Shown here one piece after another: positions 9,186 to 20,460 of a stretch of 64,000 bases of DNA. Source of the DNA: Deltaproteobacteria bacterium (lineage in GTDB: Bacteria > Desulfobacterota > Binatia > UBA9968 > JAJDTQ01); contig JAPOPM010000145.1 in NCBI GenBank assembly GCA_026712905.1, forward strand, positions 954 through 64,953, in the 5' to 3' direction. The notes below the pieces were generated by a model. That model saw nothing but the letters and a program-made list of their open reading frames with translations, ran no database searches and was not told the DNA's origin. Position 1 is the stretch's first letter, and each line of letters begins with the position of its first letter. The position numbers and the translations under genes were made by a program.

Positions 9186-9646
9186 GCCGGCTTCACCGAG
9201 GACCTGCTGGCTGGTGTTTCTGTCGTGGTTTAGGGCCTGCGGAGGAGGTGTTAGAATGGCTCCTTGTCGAGAGCGCATTCGAGGCGAGTTGATCAAACTG
9301 CTGTACAAAGACGGTGCGCATGGACAGAATAGTTGTTGACCTACAGGGGTTCACTTCGGGAAGCCGTGTGTTGCGCGCACCCTCATTGCCGTACAGGATA
9401 TCGTGGAACTGGTCGACGAGGAGATCCCTTTCGGTCAGATCATTTGTGACTGCTATCCCCAATCGAAGGTCGCGGACATCCATGCATGCATTCGATATGC
9501 AATTGCCTTGGTCGTGGCAGAGGACATCCACCTAAGGCCGACGCCGGCCTGAATGAGATTCTTGCTTGGGCGGAGAGGTGCCGGTTTCATCAGCGCCAAC
9601 GCTCGACGGCCGTACAACGCCCCATCCCTTTGAATCCGCCCCCGCC

Positions 9647-10513
9647 TCACCTTATCGCTGTAATCATCACCACCCCCACCACGATCAACCCCGCCGCCAC
9701 GACCTTCCGCGTCGTGATCACCTCCACGTCCCGCAGGAATATCGCCGAGAGCACCAGGCTGTAGAGCGGGCTCAGGCTCGCCAGCGGGGCGACGATGACG
9801 ACGTCGGAGAGGTGCAGGGACATGAAGATGCTGGCGACACCCAGGGTCACGGAGCAGCCGGCCAGGATGAAGTAGCCCAGGGCGCGGCGGTGGAAGCGCA
9901 CCATGGACCAGTTGCGCGAGACGGTCAGGGACAGGGCGATGGCGACGAGGGAGGTGCCGGTGGTGGTGGCGGCGCCGAGGATGGGGAGGCTGATGCCGGC
10001 GAGGCCGATCTTGCGGATGACCTGGGTGGAGCCGGCGACGAAGGCGCTGAGGAGCGGCAGCGTCACCAGGATGTTCATCCATGCGCCGCTCTTTTCCTCG
10101 CTCAGGCTCAGCAGGGTGATGCCGCCGACCACGAGGGCGGTGCCCGCGCCCACGGCCGGGGTGAGCTGCTCGCCCAGCACGGCGATGGCCAGGAGCGACG
10201 AGAACAGCGGCGTGGTGGCGCGGATCGGGGCGGTGACGGCCACCCCCACCTTCTCCACGCTCAGATAGGCGAGGAAGCGCGTGCCGCCGGGCTGGATCAC
10301 GCCCACCAGCACGAAGATCAGCAGCTCGGGGCGGAGGATCTCGTCCCACGGCAGCACCGCCAGGACGAAGCTCCAGAAGCACAGCACGTTGATGGCGAGG
10401 GAGAGGAGGGTGGCGCTGATGGGATTGCCGTGGGCCAATCCCTTCTTGAGGAAGGTCAAGTTGACGGCGGTGAAGAAGCCGCAGGCGAGCGCGAAGGCTT
10501 CGGCCGGGATCAC
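9647..10513 (-). CDS. EamA/DMT-family transporter
   Basis: 288 aa, about 10 TM helices, two EamA repeats (…GVIQPGGTRFLAYLSVEKVGVAVTAPIRATTPLFSSLLAIAVLGE…). Confidence 0.8.
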   Translation of the reverse strand: MIPAEAFALACGFFTAVNLTFLKKGLAHGNPISATLLSLAINVLCFWSFVLAVLPWDEILRPELLIFVLVGVIQPGGTRFLAYLSVEKVGVAVTAPIRATTPLFSSLLAIAVLGEQLTPAVGAGTALVVGGITLLSLSEEKSGAWMNILVTLPLLSAFVAGSTQVIRKIGLAGISLPILGAATTTGTSLVAIALSLTVSRNWSMVRFHRRALGYFILAGCSVTLGVASIFMSLHLSDVVIVAPLASLSPLYSLVLSAIFLRDVEVITTRKVVAAGLIVVGVVMITAIR

Positions 10514-10550
10514 GTGAGAGAGGGTGGTCGGTCGGCCGGCGACCCGGACA

Positions 10551-11546
10551 TCAGAACCGGATCACGGAGGCGCCCCAGGCGAAACCGGCGCCGAAGGCGT
10601 TCAGCAGCACGATGTCGCCGTCGGCGATGCGCCCCGCGCGGCGGACCTCGTCCAGCGCCACCGGGACCGAGGCGGCGGAGGTGTTGCCGTACTTGTCCAG
10701 GTTGACGACGACCTTGTCCATGGGAATCTCGAGGCGCGCGGCCAGGGCGGCGATGATCCGGCGGTTGGCCTGATGCGGCACCACCAGGGAGACGTCCTCC
10801 ACGCCCAGGCCGGCCTCGGCGAGCACCCGCCGGCTGATGTCTTCCATGGACCGGACGGCGACCTTGAAGACTTCCTTGCCGTTCATGTAGATGGAGTGCT
10901 CGCGGTTTTCCACGGTCTCCCGCGTGGCCGGCTTCTTGGTGCCCCCGGCGCGGATGTAGAGCGTCTCGGCGTAGGAGCCGTCGGTCTGGAGCTGGGTGCT
11001 GAGGATGCCCCGGTCGCCGTTCTCGCCGGCACCCAACACCGCGGCGCCGGCGGCGTCGCCGAACAGGATGCAGGTGCTGCGGTCCTGCCAGTCGAGGTAG
11101 CGGCTGAGCACGTCGCTGCCCACCACCAAGGCGTTGTTGATGCGCCCGGAGCGGATGAACAGGTCCGCCACCGAGAGCGCGTTGAGAAAGCCCGAGCACG
11201 CGGCGTTCACGTCGAACGAGAACACCTCCTTGGCGCCGAGCTTGCCTTCGAGGACGCAGCCCAGGCTGGGGAACTGGTAGTCCGGCGTGCACGTGCCCGC
11301 GATGATGGCGTCCAGATCCGCGACGTCGAGGCCCGCGTTCTCCAGCGCCCGTTCCGAGGCCAGCAGCGCCAGGTCCGAGGTGGCCTTGCTGTCCTCCAGC
11401 CCCCGCCGTTCCCTGATGCCCGTGCGGGAGGTGATCCACTCGTCGCTGGTGTCCACTATCTTGGCCAGATCGTCGTTGGTGACGACCTTGGAGGGAAGGG
11501 CCGAACCCGTGCCCAGTATGACGCTTCGCGGTGCTGGCTGTGTCAT
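10551..11546 (-). CDS. fabH: 3-oxoacyl-ACP synthase III (KAS III)
   Basis: 331 aa from MTQPAPRSVILGTGSALPS. Catalytic triad context AACSGF (Cys), VPHQANRRI (His), YGNTSAASVP (Asn). The track ORF is over-extended upstream. Confidence 0.9.
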   Translation of the reverse strand: MTQPAPRSVILGTGSALPSKVVTNDDLAKIVDTSDEWITSRTGIRERRGLEDSKATSDLALLASERALENAGLDVADLDAIIAGTCTPDYQFPSLGCVLEGKLGAKEVFSFDVNAACSGFLNALSVADLFIRSGRINNALVVGSDVLSRYLDWQDRSTCILFGDAAGAAVLGAGENGDRGILSTQLQTDGSYAETLYIRAGGTKKPATRETVENREHSIYMNGKEVFKVAVRSMEDISRRVLAEAGLGVEDVSLVVPHQANRRIIAALAARLEIPMDKVVVNLDKYGNTSAASVPVALDEVRRAGRIADGDIVLLNAFGAGFAWGASVIRF

Positions 11547-12796
11547 GTCGCCTTCCTGAGCAGGATGCACGCGTTGGTGCCGCCGAATCCAAAGGAATTG
11601 GAAAGGGCGACCCGAATGTCCGCCTCCCGCGCCTGGTTGGATACGTAATCGAGATCGCAGTCGGGGTCGGGCGTCTCGTAGTTGATGGTGGGCGGCAACA
11701 TGCCGTGGTGCAGCGCGAGCACGCTGTAGATGGCTTCCACCGCGCCGGCGGCGCCGAGCAGGTGGCCGGTCATGGACTTGGTGGAGCTGACGGCGAGTGC
11801 GCGGGCGTGCGCGCCGAACACGCTCTTGATGGCGGCGGTCTCGTTGGCGTCGTTGTAGGGGGTCGAGGTGCCGTGGGCGTTGATGTAGTCCACCTCCGCC
11901 GTCTCGACGCCGGCGTCCGCCAGGGTCAGCGCCATGCAGCGGGCGGCGCCTTCGCCCTCGGGAGCCGGAGAGGTGATGTGGTAGGCGTCGCCGTTGGTGC
12001 CGTAGCCGATCATCTCGGCGTAGATCGGCGCGCCGCGCCGCAGCGCGCGTTCGCGCTCCTCCAGCACCAGCATGCCCGCGCCCTCGGACATGACGAAACC
12101 GTCCCGCTCCTTGTCGAACGGCCGGCTCGCCTTCTCCGGCTCGTCGTTGCGCGTGGACAGCGCCTTCATGGCGGCGAACCCGCCCAGCCCCAGGGGAGTC
12201 GTGGCCGCTTCCGTGCCGCCGGCGATGACCGCGTCCTGCCGGCCTTCGCGGATCAGGTGGAAGGCCTCGCCCACGGCGTTGTTGCCGGACGCGCACGCCG
12301 AGGTGGGGGTCCAGTTGACGCCCTTGAGCCCGTGGCGGATAGCGATCTGGCCCGGCGCCAGGTTGGAGATGACCTTGGGGATGAAGAAGGGCGATATCTT
12401 GCGCGGCCCCTGCTTCAGGTACACTTCATGATAGTGCTCGATGGTGGCGATGCCGCAGAAGCCCACGCCCACGATGGACCCGGCGCGGAACGCTTCGTCG
12501 CCGCTCACGGAGAACCCGCTGTCCTCCACCGCCATTTGCGCGGCGGCCATGCCGTACTGCATGAACAGGTCCATCTTCTTGACTTCCCTGGCGTCGATGT
12601 AGTCCAGCGGGTTGAAATCGTCCACCTCGCCGCCGATGCGGCTGGCGAACGACTCGATGTCCTCGATGCGGGTGATGGGGCCGATGCCGGAGCGCCCGGC
12701 CTGAACCGCCTCCCAGTTGGCGGCCACGCCGATGCCCAGGGGGGTCAACATCCCCATGCCGGTGATGACGACTCTGCGTCCGTTGGGATTTGCCAT
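11543..12796 (-). CDS. fabF: 3-oxoacyl-ACP synthase II (KAS II)
   Basis: 417 aa from MANPNGRRVVITGMG. Active site TSACASGNNAVG with His residues in HGTSTP and GHLLGAAG. The stop overlaps the fabH start (ATGA). Confidence 0.9.
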   Translation of the reverse strand: MANPNGRRVVITGMGMLTPLGIGVAANWEAVQAGRSGIGPITRIEDIESFASRIGGEVDDFNPLDYIDAREVKKMDLFMQYGMAAAQMAVEDSGFSVSGDEAFRAGSIVGVGFCGIATIEHYHEVYLKQGPRKISPFFIPKVISNLAPGQIAIRHGLKGVNWTPTSACASGNNAVGEAFHLIREGRQDAVIAGGTEAATTPLGLGGFAAMKALSTRNDEPEKASRPFDKERDGFVMSEGAGMLVLEERERALRRGAPIYAEMIGYGTNGDAYHITSPAPEGEGAARCMALTLADAGVETAEVDYINAHGTSTPYNDANETAAIKSVFGAHARALAVSSTKSMTGHLLGAAGAVEAIYSVLALHHGMLPPTINYETPDPDCDLDYVSNQAREADIRVALSNSFGFGGTNACILLRKAT

Positions 12797-12819
12797 GGTC
12801 TTTCTCAGGATGCCTTGCT

Positions 12820-13872
12820 CTACCAATACCGCTCGCGTATTTGAAGCACCTCCCGGATACGGGTCGCGATGCGCTCCCCGCCCGCCTCGAAGGAGGCGGC
12901 TTCCTCCGACTGCATGCACTCCAGCACGGTGGCCACGGAGTTGCGCAGCGCGGCGAGATCGTATCCGCCCTCCAACAGAAACGCGATCTTGCCGCCGGTG
13001 TGTTTCCGCGCCAGCTCCAGCAGCGCGTTGGCCATGACGCCGAAGCCGCGCTCGGTGACGCCCATGGCTGCCAGGGGGTCGTCGCGGTGCGAATCGAACC
13101 CGGCCGATACCAGCAGCCAGTCGGGCTCGTAGCGCTCGATGGCCGGGACGATGATGTCCCTGAAGACCGCCAGGTATTCCGCGTCGCCGCAGCCCGCCGG
13201 CAGCGGCACGTTCACCGTGTAGCCCTCTCCCCGGCCGCTGCCCACCTCGTCGGCGGCGCCGGTTCCCGGATAGTACGGGTACTGGTGCGTCGACAGGAAC
13301 AGCACGGAAGGATCGTCGTAGAACGCGTCCTGCGAGCCGTTGCCGTGATGCACGTCCCAGTCCATGATGGCGACCCGCCGCGCACCGTGCTTCTCCTGGA
13401 GATAGCGGGCGCCGATCGCCACCGTGTTGAACAGGCAGAACCCCATGCCGCGGTTGCGCAGCGCGTGATGTCCCGGCGGCCGCGCCATGGCGAAGCCGTT
13501 GCCGTAGTCCGACGCGGCCACCGCGTCCAGCAGTTGCAGGAACCCGCCCACCGCCATCAGCGCCACCCCGAAGGAGTCCCGGCACGTGATGGTGTCGCCG
13601 TCGAGCGCGAACCGGTCGTGTTCGGAAGTCGAGCGCACGAGATCGATGTAGTCCGAACCGTGGCCCAGCTCCAGCTCCGCCTGCACCGCGCTGCGCAAAG
13701 GGAGCAGCTCGAAGCGGTCGCCGCCGCCCGCGACCTCGCCGGCGAGGTCGAGAAGCGTCTTGATCCGTTGCGGGTTCTCGGGGTGGTACGGACCCGGCTC
13801 GTGCTTGAGGAACACCGGGTCCGTGACGATGGCGGAAGGGCGCATGTTGATGGGCAACATACCATTGCGCAA
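12820..13872 (-). CDS. histone deacetylase-family amidohydrolase (AcuC/acetylpolyamine aminohydrolase-like)
   Basis: HDAC motifs GFCLFN, DWDVHHGNG and SAGFDSH (zinc and charge-relay residues). It lies 24 nt upstream of fabF on the same strand. Confidence 0.8.
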   Translation of the reverse strand: MRNGMLPINMRPSAIVTDPVFLKHEPGPYHPENPQRIKTLLDLAGEVAGGGDRFELLPLRSAVQAELELGHGSDYIDLVRSTSEHDRFALDGDTITCRDSFGVALMAVGGFLQLLDAVAASDYGNGFAMARPPGHHALRNRGMGFCLFNTVAIGARYLQEKHGARRVAIMDWDVHHGNGSQDAFYDDPSVLFLSTHQYPYYPGTGAADEVGSGRGEGYTVNVPLPAGCGDAEYLAVFRDIIVPAIERYEPDWLLVSAGFDSHRDDPLAAMGVTERGFGVMANALLELARKHTGGKIAFLLEGGYDLAALRNSVATVLECMQSEEAASFEAGGERIATRIREVLQIRERYW

Positions 13873-13968
13873 CAGACGGAGTCAAAGCGCGGGCGGTGCC
13901 GCGGCGCGCTCCGCGTCCCTCTTTGACTCCCCCCCGCAAATGCCTTAGCCTACCCTCTGGGAGTCGAA

Positions 13969-14241
13969 ATGTTTGGTATCGGAATGCCCGAGTTGCTCTT
14001 GATCCTGGCCGTGGCCTTGATCGTCCTGGGGCCGAAGAAGCTGCCCGAGATGGCGCGCGCCCTGGGCCGGGGGCTGGCGGAGTTTCGCCGCACCACCGAC
14101 GATATGAAACGCGAGCTGCAAACCGCCACGGATGAGCTCGAGACGCCTCCGCCTACCGAGAGCACGCATTCCGAGCCGTCCGGAGAAGGCCCCCCCGCCA
14201 ATACCATATCTCCAGCGGGCGATCCCCCCACGAAAGAGTGA
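13969..14241 (+). CDS. tatA: twin-arginine translocase subunit TatA/E (TatA/B family)
   Basis: [41 protein letters not shown] is the canonical TatA TM plus amphipathic helix. Confidence 0.85.
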   Translation: MFGIGMPELLLILAVALIVLGPKKLPEMARALGRGLAEFRRTTDDMKRELQTATDELETPPPTESTHSEPSGEGPPANTISPAGDPPTKE

Positions 14242-15059
14242 ACGCGGACGAAGGAGCGGGCGCGGAGGAGAGTGTCGGCGCGGACGAAGCGGAGCGGCTG
14301 TCGCACGACGCCAGCATGCCGCTCACCGCGCACCTCGAGGAACTGCGCTCCCGTCTCATCAAGTCCGCCGTGACCGTGTTACTGGCCTTCCTGGCCTGTT
14401 ACGCGGTGGCGGGCTGGCTCATCGCCTTCATGACCGCGCCCCTGCTCCGGCTCGAGGCCGCGGGTCTCACCGTCATCGGCACCGGCGTCGCCGAGGCCTT
14501 TTTCGCCAAGCTCAAGGTCGCGTTCGTGGCCGCGGTCTTCGTGGCGCTGCCGGTGCTCCTGTGGCACGCGTGGCAGTTCGTGGCGCCGGGCCTCTACAGC
14601 CGGGAAAAACGCTACGCCAGGGCGTTCGTGGTCTACGGCACGCTGTTTTTCCTGCTCGGGGCGGGCTTCTGCTACATCGTGATCTTCGACGTGGGCTACC
14701 GCTTCTTCCTGGAGCAGTATCAGCAACTGGACATCCGCCCGGCGATACGCGTGAGCGAGTATCTGGGGTTCTCGGCCAAGCTCATGCTGGCCTTCGGCGT
14801 CGTTTTCGAGTTGCCGGTGGTGGGGGTGTTCCTGGCGCGGGTGGGGCTCATCGACCACCGCATGATGATCCGGCATTTCCCTTACGCCCTGCTCGCCATC
14901 GTCGTGCTGGGCGCCCTGCTCACGCCGCCGGACGTGGTCTCGCAGATCCTGCTGGCACTGCCGCTGACGGTGCTCTACGGCTTCACCGTCGTGGTGGTCT
15001 ATTTCATGAGGCGGAAGGACACGGGGACGGACGAGGGGGACGAGGGGGACGAAGAATAG
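14238..15059 (+). CDS. tatC: twin-arginine translocase subunit TatC
   Basis: Six predicted TM helices and TatC-typical segments ([21 protein letters not shown]). The start GTG overlaps the tatA stop; an internal Met (14316) is an alternative start. Confidence 0.85.
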   Translation: MNADEGAGAEESVGADEAERLSHDASMPLTAHLEELRSRLIKSAVTVLLAFLACYAVAGWLIAFMTAPLLRLEAAGLTVIGTGVAEAFFAKLKVAFVAAVFVALPVLLWHAWQFVAPGLYSREKRYARAFVVYGTLFFLLGAGFCYIVIFDVGYRFFLEQYQQLDIRPAIRVSEYLGFSAKLMLAFGVVFELPVVGVFLARVGLIDHRMMIRHFPYALLAIVVLGALLTPPDVVSQILLALPLTVLYGFTVVVVYFMRRKDTGTDEGDEGDEE

Positions 15060-15092
15060 ACCGCTGGCCCTGAGCGTAGCGAAGTCGAAGGG

Positions 15093-15614
15093 TCACTCCA
15101 CGATCACCAGCACCTGCCCGGATTCCACCGCCTCGCCGGTCTTGACGCGGATCTCCTTGATCGTGCCGGGGCTGGGGGCGCGCACCTCGTTCTCCATCTT
15201 CATGGCTTCGACGATCACCAGCCCCTGTCCCTTGGTTACGGTGTCGCCCTCGTTCACGAGCACGGTGACGACCTTGCCGGGCATGGGAATCTTGACCTCC
15301 TGGCGGCCGGACACCTCGATGCCGGACTGGTTGCTGCCGACCCGCACCTGGCGCTCGTCGGACATGCTGATGTGGTAGGTGCGGCCGTCGAGGAGCACGC
15401 GGTACTCGTCCTCGGTGGCGTCCACGTCGACGTCCACGTCGACGTCCACCTCGAAAGAGCGGTTGTCGATCAGGAGGGAGTAGTTGTTGCGTCCGGTGCG
15501 CCGCCCGTCCACGGTGAACTCGTGCCCGTCCACCACCACCTTGTAGATGGACTTCTCGGTCTCCGTGATGCGCACGACCGAGGTCTGGCCGCCGAGCTTT
15601 GCGATGAACGCCAT
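15093..15614 (-). CDS. biotin carboxyl carrier (biotinyl-domain) subunit of acyl-CoA carboxylase
   Basis: C-terminal biotinyl domain with EAMKMENEV (biotinyl-Lys in AMKM). A (DV)n linker precedes it. It lies directly downstream of accC. Confidence 0.8.
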   Translation of the reverse strand: MAFIAKLGGQTSVVRITETEKSIYKVVVDGHEFTVDGRRTGRNNYSLLIDNRSFEVDVDVDVDVDATEDEYRVLLDGRTYHISMSDERQVRVGSNQSGIEVSGRQEVKIPMPGKVVTVLVNEGDTVTKGQGLVIVEAMKMENEVRAPSPGTIKEIRVKTGEAVESGQVLVIVE

Positions 15615-15618
15615 GGCC

Positions 15619-17157
15619 TCACCACCCGCGTCCCGGCGCGGCCGCGTCGGGACGGAGCCGGAGCGCCTCCCGGCGCCCGACGTCGCGCCATCCCGATTCC
15701 TCCGCCGCGCCCTTCTCCACCATCTGCAGCGCCCGTTCCTGCTCCCGGTGCAGCGCCACGATGGCAGCGGAGGCCAGCGCCACGTGGCGGTTCGGGTAGA
15801 CTTCCTCCCGCGCCATGTACCCGCGCTGCTCGTCCACGAACCCGGTGTAGAAGTCGCCCTCGATGAACCGCGGGTGGCGCAGCATCCACTGATGGAACGG
15901 TATGTTGGTCTTGACGCCGCGCACCTGGTACTCGCGCAGGGCGCGCTTGAGGCGCCGGATGGCCTCGGCGCGGTCCTCGCCCCAGACGATGAGCTTGGCG
16001 ATCATGGGGTCGTAGTAGATGGGGATCTCCGCGCCCTCGTACACGCCGCAGTCGTTGCGGATGCCGAAGCCCTCGGGCAGGCGCAGCCCCTCGATCTTGC
16101 CCGGACAGGGCATGAAGTCGGTCTCGGGGTCCTCGGCGTAGATGCGGCATTCGATGGCATGGCCCGCGCCCTTGATCTGGCGTTGGGACCAGGGCAGGGG
16201 GTTGCCATCGGCCACGTTGATCTGTGCCTTCACCAGGTCGATGCCCATGACCCGCTCGGTGATGGCGTGCTCCACCTGCAGCCGGGTGTTCATCTCCAGG
16301 AAGTAGAAGTTCTTCTGGCGGTCCACCAGGAACTCCATGGTGCCGACCCCGGTGTACTTGAGCGCCTTGGCGCCCTGGGCCGCGGTCTTGCCCATGGCCT
16401 TCTGCATGCGCACGTCGATGCTCGGCGCGGGACACTCCTCGATGATTTTCTGGTGACGCCGCTGGATGGAGCACTCGCGCGTGAAGAGGTGCAGCACCTT
16501 GCCGTAGATGTCGGCCAGGAGCTGGACCTCAATGTGGCGGCAGCGCTCCAGGTACTTCTCGACGTAGAGCCGGGAGTCGCCGAAGGACGACGCCGCCTCG
16601 GAGCGCACCGCGCGGAAGGCCGAGCGCACTTCGTCGCTCGACTCCACGAGCCGCAGCCCCTTGCCGCCGCCTCCGGCCACGGCCTTGAGCACGCACGGGT
16701 AGCCGATGGCCTCGGCGGTCTCCAGCACCTCCTCCTCGGAGCTGAGGATGTCGTCCGACCCCGGGATCACCGGCAGGCCGGCCTTCTTCATGAGGGCGCG
16801 CGCGTGGACCTTGTCGCCCATCTGCTTGATGACGTCCGGGGCCGGCCCCAGGAAGACGATGCCGGCGTCGCCGCAGGCGCGCGCGAACGCGGGGTTCTCG
16901 GCGAGAAAGCCGTAGCCCGGATGGATCGCCTCGGCGCGGCTCTTCCTGGCCGCGTCGATGATGCGGTCGATGCGCAGGTAGCTCTCGGCCGACGGCGCCG
17001 GCCCCACCGGATAGGAGTAGTCGGCGTACTTGACGTGGAGCGCGTCGCGGTCCGCCTCGGAGTAGACCGCCACGCTTTCGATATCCAGCTCGCGGCACGC
17101 CCGGATGATGCGGACGGCGATCTCGCCGCGGTTGGCCACCAGGATTCGTTTGAACAT
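15619..17157 (-). CDS. accC: biotin carboxylase
   Basis: 512 aa from MFKRILVANRGEIAVRIIRA. ATP-grasp and biotin-carboxylase motifs are present (GGGGKGLRLV, EMNTRLQVEH). The track ORF is over-extended upstream. Confidence 0.9.
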   Translation of the reverse strand: MFKRILVANRGEIAVRIIRACRELDIESVAVYSEADRDALHVKYADYSYPVGPAPSAESYLRIDRIIDAARKSRAEAIHPGYGFLAENPAFARACGDAGIVFLGPAPDVIKQMGDKVHARALMKKAGLPVIPGSDDILSSEEEVLETAEAIGYPCVLKAVAGGGGKGLRLVESSDEVRSAFRAVRSEAASSFGDSRLYVEKYLERCRHIEVQLLADIYGKVLHLFTRECSIQRRHQKIIEECPAPSIDVRMQKAMGKTAAQGAKALKYTGVGTMEFLVDRQKNFYFLEMNTRLQVEHAITERVMGIDLVKAQINVADGNPLPWSQRQIKGAGHAIECRIYAEDPETDFMPCPGKIEGLRLPEGFGIRNDCGVYEGAEIPIYYDPMIAKLIVWGEDRAEAIRRLKRALREYQVRGVKTNIPFHQWMLRHPRFIEGDFYTGFVDEQRGYMAREEVYPNRHVALASAAIVALHREQERALQMVEKGAAEESGWRDVGRREALRLRPDAAAPGRGW

Positions 17158-17189
17158 TCTCGAACGCTTCCGCTGTTCGCCCCCGGGCT

Positions 17190-18740
<1,551 letters not shown>

Positions 18741-18981
18741 CTATTTCCTTTACGTCCTTTACGCGACAAGCCCCGGTGGCGCGGCAACGCTCTCTGTCGG
18801 AGGGCCCTCGCGTGCTCCGGGCGCGGGCCGGGATGTCCACTTGCTTGACCCGGGAAGGTCGCCGCGGCTATCAATGTCGATGGATCCTGGGGTCCAAATG
18901 GATCCCGGAAAGCATAGGCGCCATTGACCGAAAATTCAAGGAACGCCCCGGATTCCATCACTGCCCCAAACTCCACCGAAA

Positions 18982-19800
18982 ATGACGGAACCTCATTCGC
19001 ACGCATTTTTCTCGGGGCCGGTGCCGCGCATCGCGGGGCACCGGGGCGCCGCCGGCACCATGCCGGAAAACACCCTGCCGTCGTTCCGTCGCGGCCTTGA
19101 GGAAGGCGCGACCTTTCTCGAAATGGACGTCCACGCGACCGCTGACGGTGAGATCGTGATCATCCACGATGCGACCGTCGAGCGCACCACCGATGCCGCT
19201 GGCCCGGTACGGGAAATGAGCGTGGAGGAGTTGCAGCGGCTCGACGCCGGGTACCGCTTCAGCGCCGATGGCGGCGCGACGTATCCCTTCCGCGGGCAGG
19301 GAATCCGAGTCCCCACCCTGCGGGAGTTCTTCGCGGAGTTTCCCCAGGCCGCGGCCACGGTGGAGATCAAGGAATTGTCGCCGCTCGCCATGAATACGTT
19401 GTTCGATGTGATCGAGGAGTTCGGCAAGGCGCGACAGGTCCTGGTGGCGGCAGAGGACGATGCCACGATGCGCTCCGCCCGGGCGGTCATCCACGAGCGC
19501 GGGCTACCCGTCGCCACGGGCTTCTCCACCGGCGAGATACGCGCCCTCATGACCGCGCTGTGGTCGGGTCAAGCGGCACCGTCCGAAGTCCCCGGCCGGG
19601 CGCTCCAGATACCGCGCCGCCACGAGGGCATCGATCTCGTCACGCCCGCGTCCTTGGCCGCCGCCCACGCCCTGGGCGTCGAGGTGCACGTCTGGACCGT
19701 CAACGACACCGACGAGATGACCGAGCTCCTGGCCCTCGGGGTCGACGGCATCATCACGGACTTCCCGGGCCGCCTGCGCCGCGTGATCGAATCCTCATAA
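18982..19800 (+). CDS. glycerophosphodiester phosphodiesterase (GDPD family)
   Basis: HRGAAGTMPENTLPSF...LEMDVHATADGEIVIIHD is the GDPD catalytic His/Glu/Asp motif. Confidence 0.85.
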   Translation: MTEPHSHAFFSGPVPRIAGHRGAAGTMPENTLPSFRRGLEEGATFLEMDVHATADGEIVIIHDATVERTTDAAGPVREMSVEELQRLDAGYRFSADGGATYPFRGQGIRVPTLREFFAEFPQAAATVEIKELSPLAMNTLFDVIEEFGKARQVLVAAEDDATMRSARAVIHERGLPVATGFSTGEIRALMTALWSGQAAPSEVPGRALQIPRRHEGIDLVTPASLAAAHALGVEVHVWTVNDTDEMTELLALGVDGIITDFPGRLRRVIESS

Positions 19801-19806
19801 CCCTGT

Positions 19807-20445
19807 ATGCCGGAACCGACACTGGACCCGCGCATGGCGCCCCTGCTCGCCGCGCTGGAGCAAACCGACAAGGGGGTGGTGCGCCGCGCCGTGGAGGAGT
19901 TGGTGGCCCTGGCGGCCGAGGAGCCGGGGGTTGCCGAGGCCCTCGACCGGCGCTTGAGCGCCGCTCCGCGTTGGCCCGTCGCCTACGCCCTGGGGCAGGT
20001 GGCGCGCCCCTCCACGCTCTGCCTCGACGTGCTCGCCCACGGTCTCGGAAGCGGCGATCAGGACCTGCGCTGGGCCACGCAACTCCTGCTCACCGACCTC
20101 GGCAAACGCTACCCGGAGGTGGAAGCGCGCCTTCAATCTCTTCTGCGCGACGGCTCGCCCACCCAGCGGCGCATGACCGTGTACTGCCTGCGGGACGTCC
20201 ACGAGGGCCGGGACGCCGGCGCGGCGGACATCGGTCTCGCGTCCGCCTTCCTGGAAGCCATGCGCGACCCCGAGCCCCTGGTCCGCGTGGCGGTGGTAAC
20301 CAGCCTCGCCAAGGCGACGGAGGTGAACGCGGAAACCCTGGATGCGCTCACCCGCGCCGCGAAGGACGATCCCGACGCCCGAGTGCGCAACGCCGCCGCC
20401 TTCGCCGTCAAGAAGCTCGCGGGCGTCCGGACAAAGACGCCATAA
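19807..20445 (+). CDS. HEAT-repeat protein
   Basis: Tandem helical repeats (…VRVAVVTSLAKAT…, …PDARVRNAAAFAVKKLA…) typical of PBS-lyase/HEAT repeats. Confidence 0.65.
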   Translation: MPEPTLDPRMAPLLAALEQTDKGVVRRAVEELVALAAEEPGVAEALDRRLSAAPRWPVAYALGQVARPSTLCLDVLAHGLGSGDQDLRWATQLLLTDLGKRYPEVEARLQSLLRDGSPTQRRMTVYCLRDVHEGRDAGAADIGLASAFLEAMRDPEPLVRVAVVTSLAKATEVNAETLDALTRAAKDDPDARVRNAAAFAVKKLAGVRTKTP

Positions 20446-20460
20446 GGCGTATCTCCAACC

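Noticed and set aside
9193-9531. 112-aa ORF in the low-GC stretch after the EamA pseudogene (possible regulator fragment).
   Set aside because: No diagnostic motif, no RBS, and atypical composition. It is probably decayed remnant DNA rather than a functional gene.
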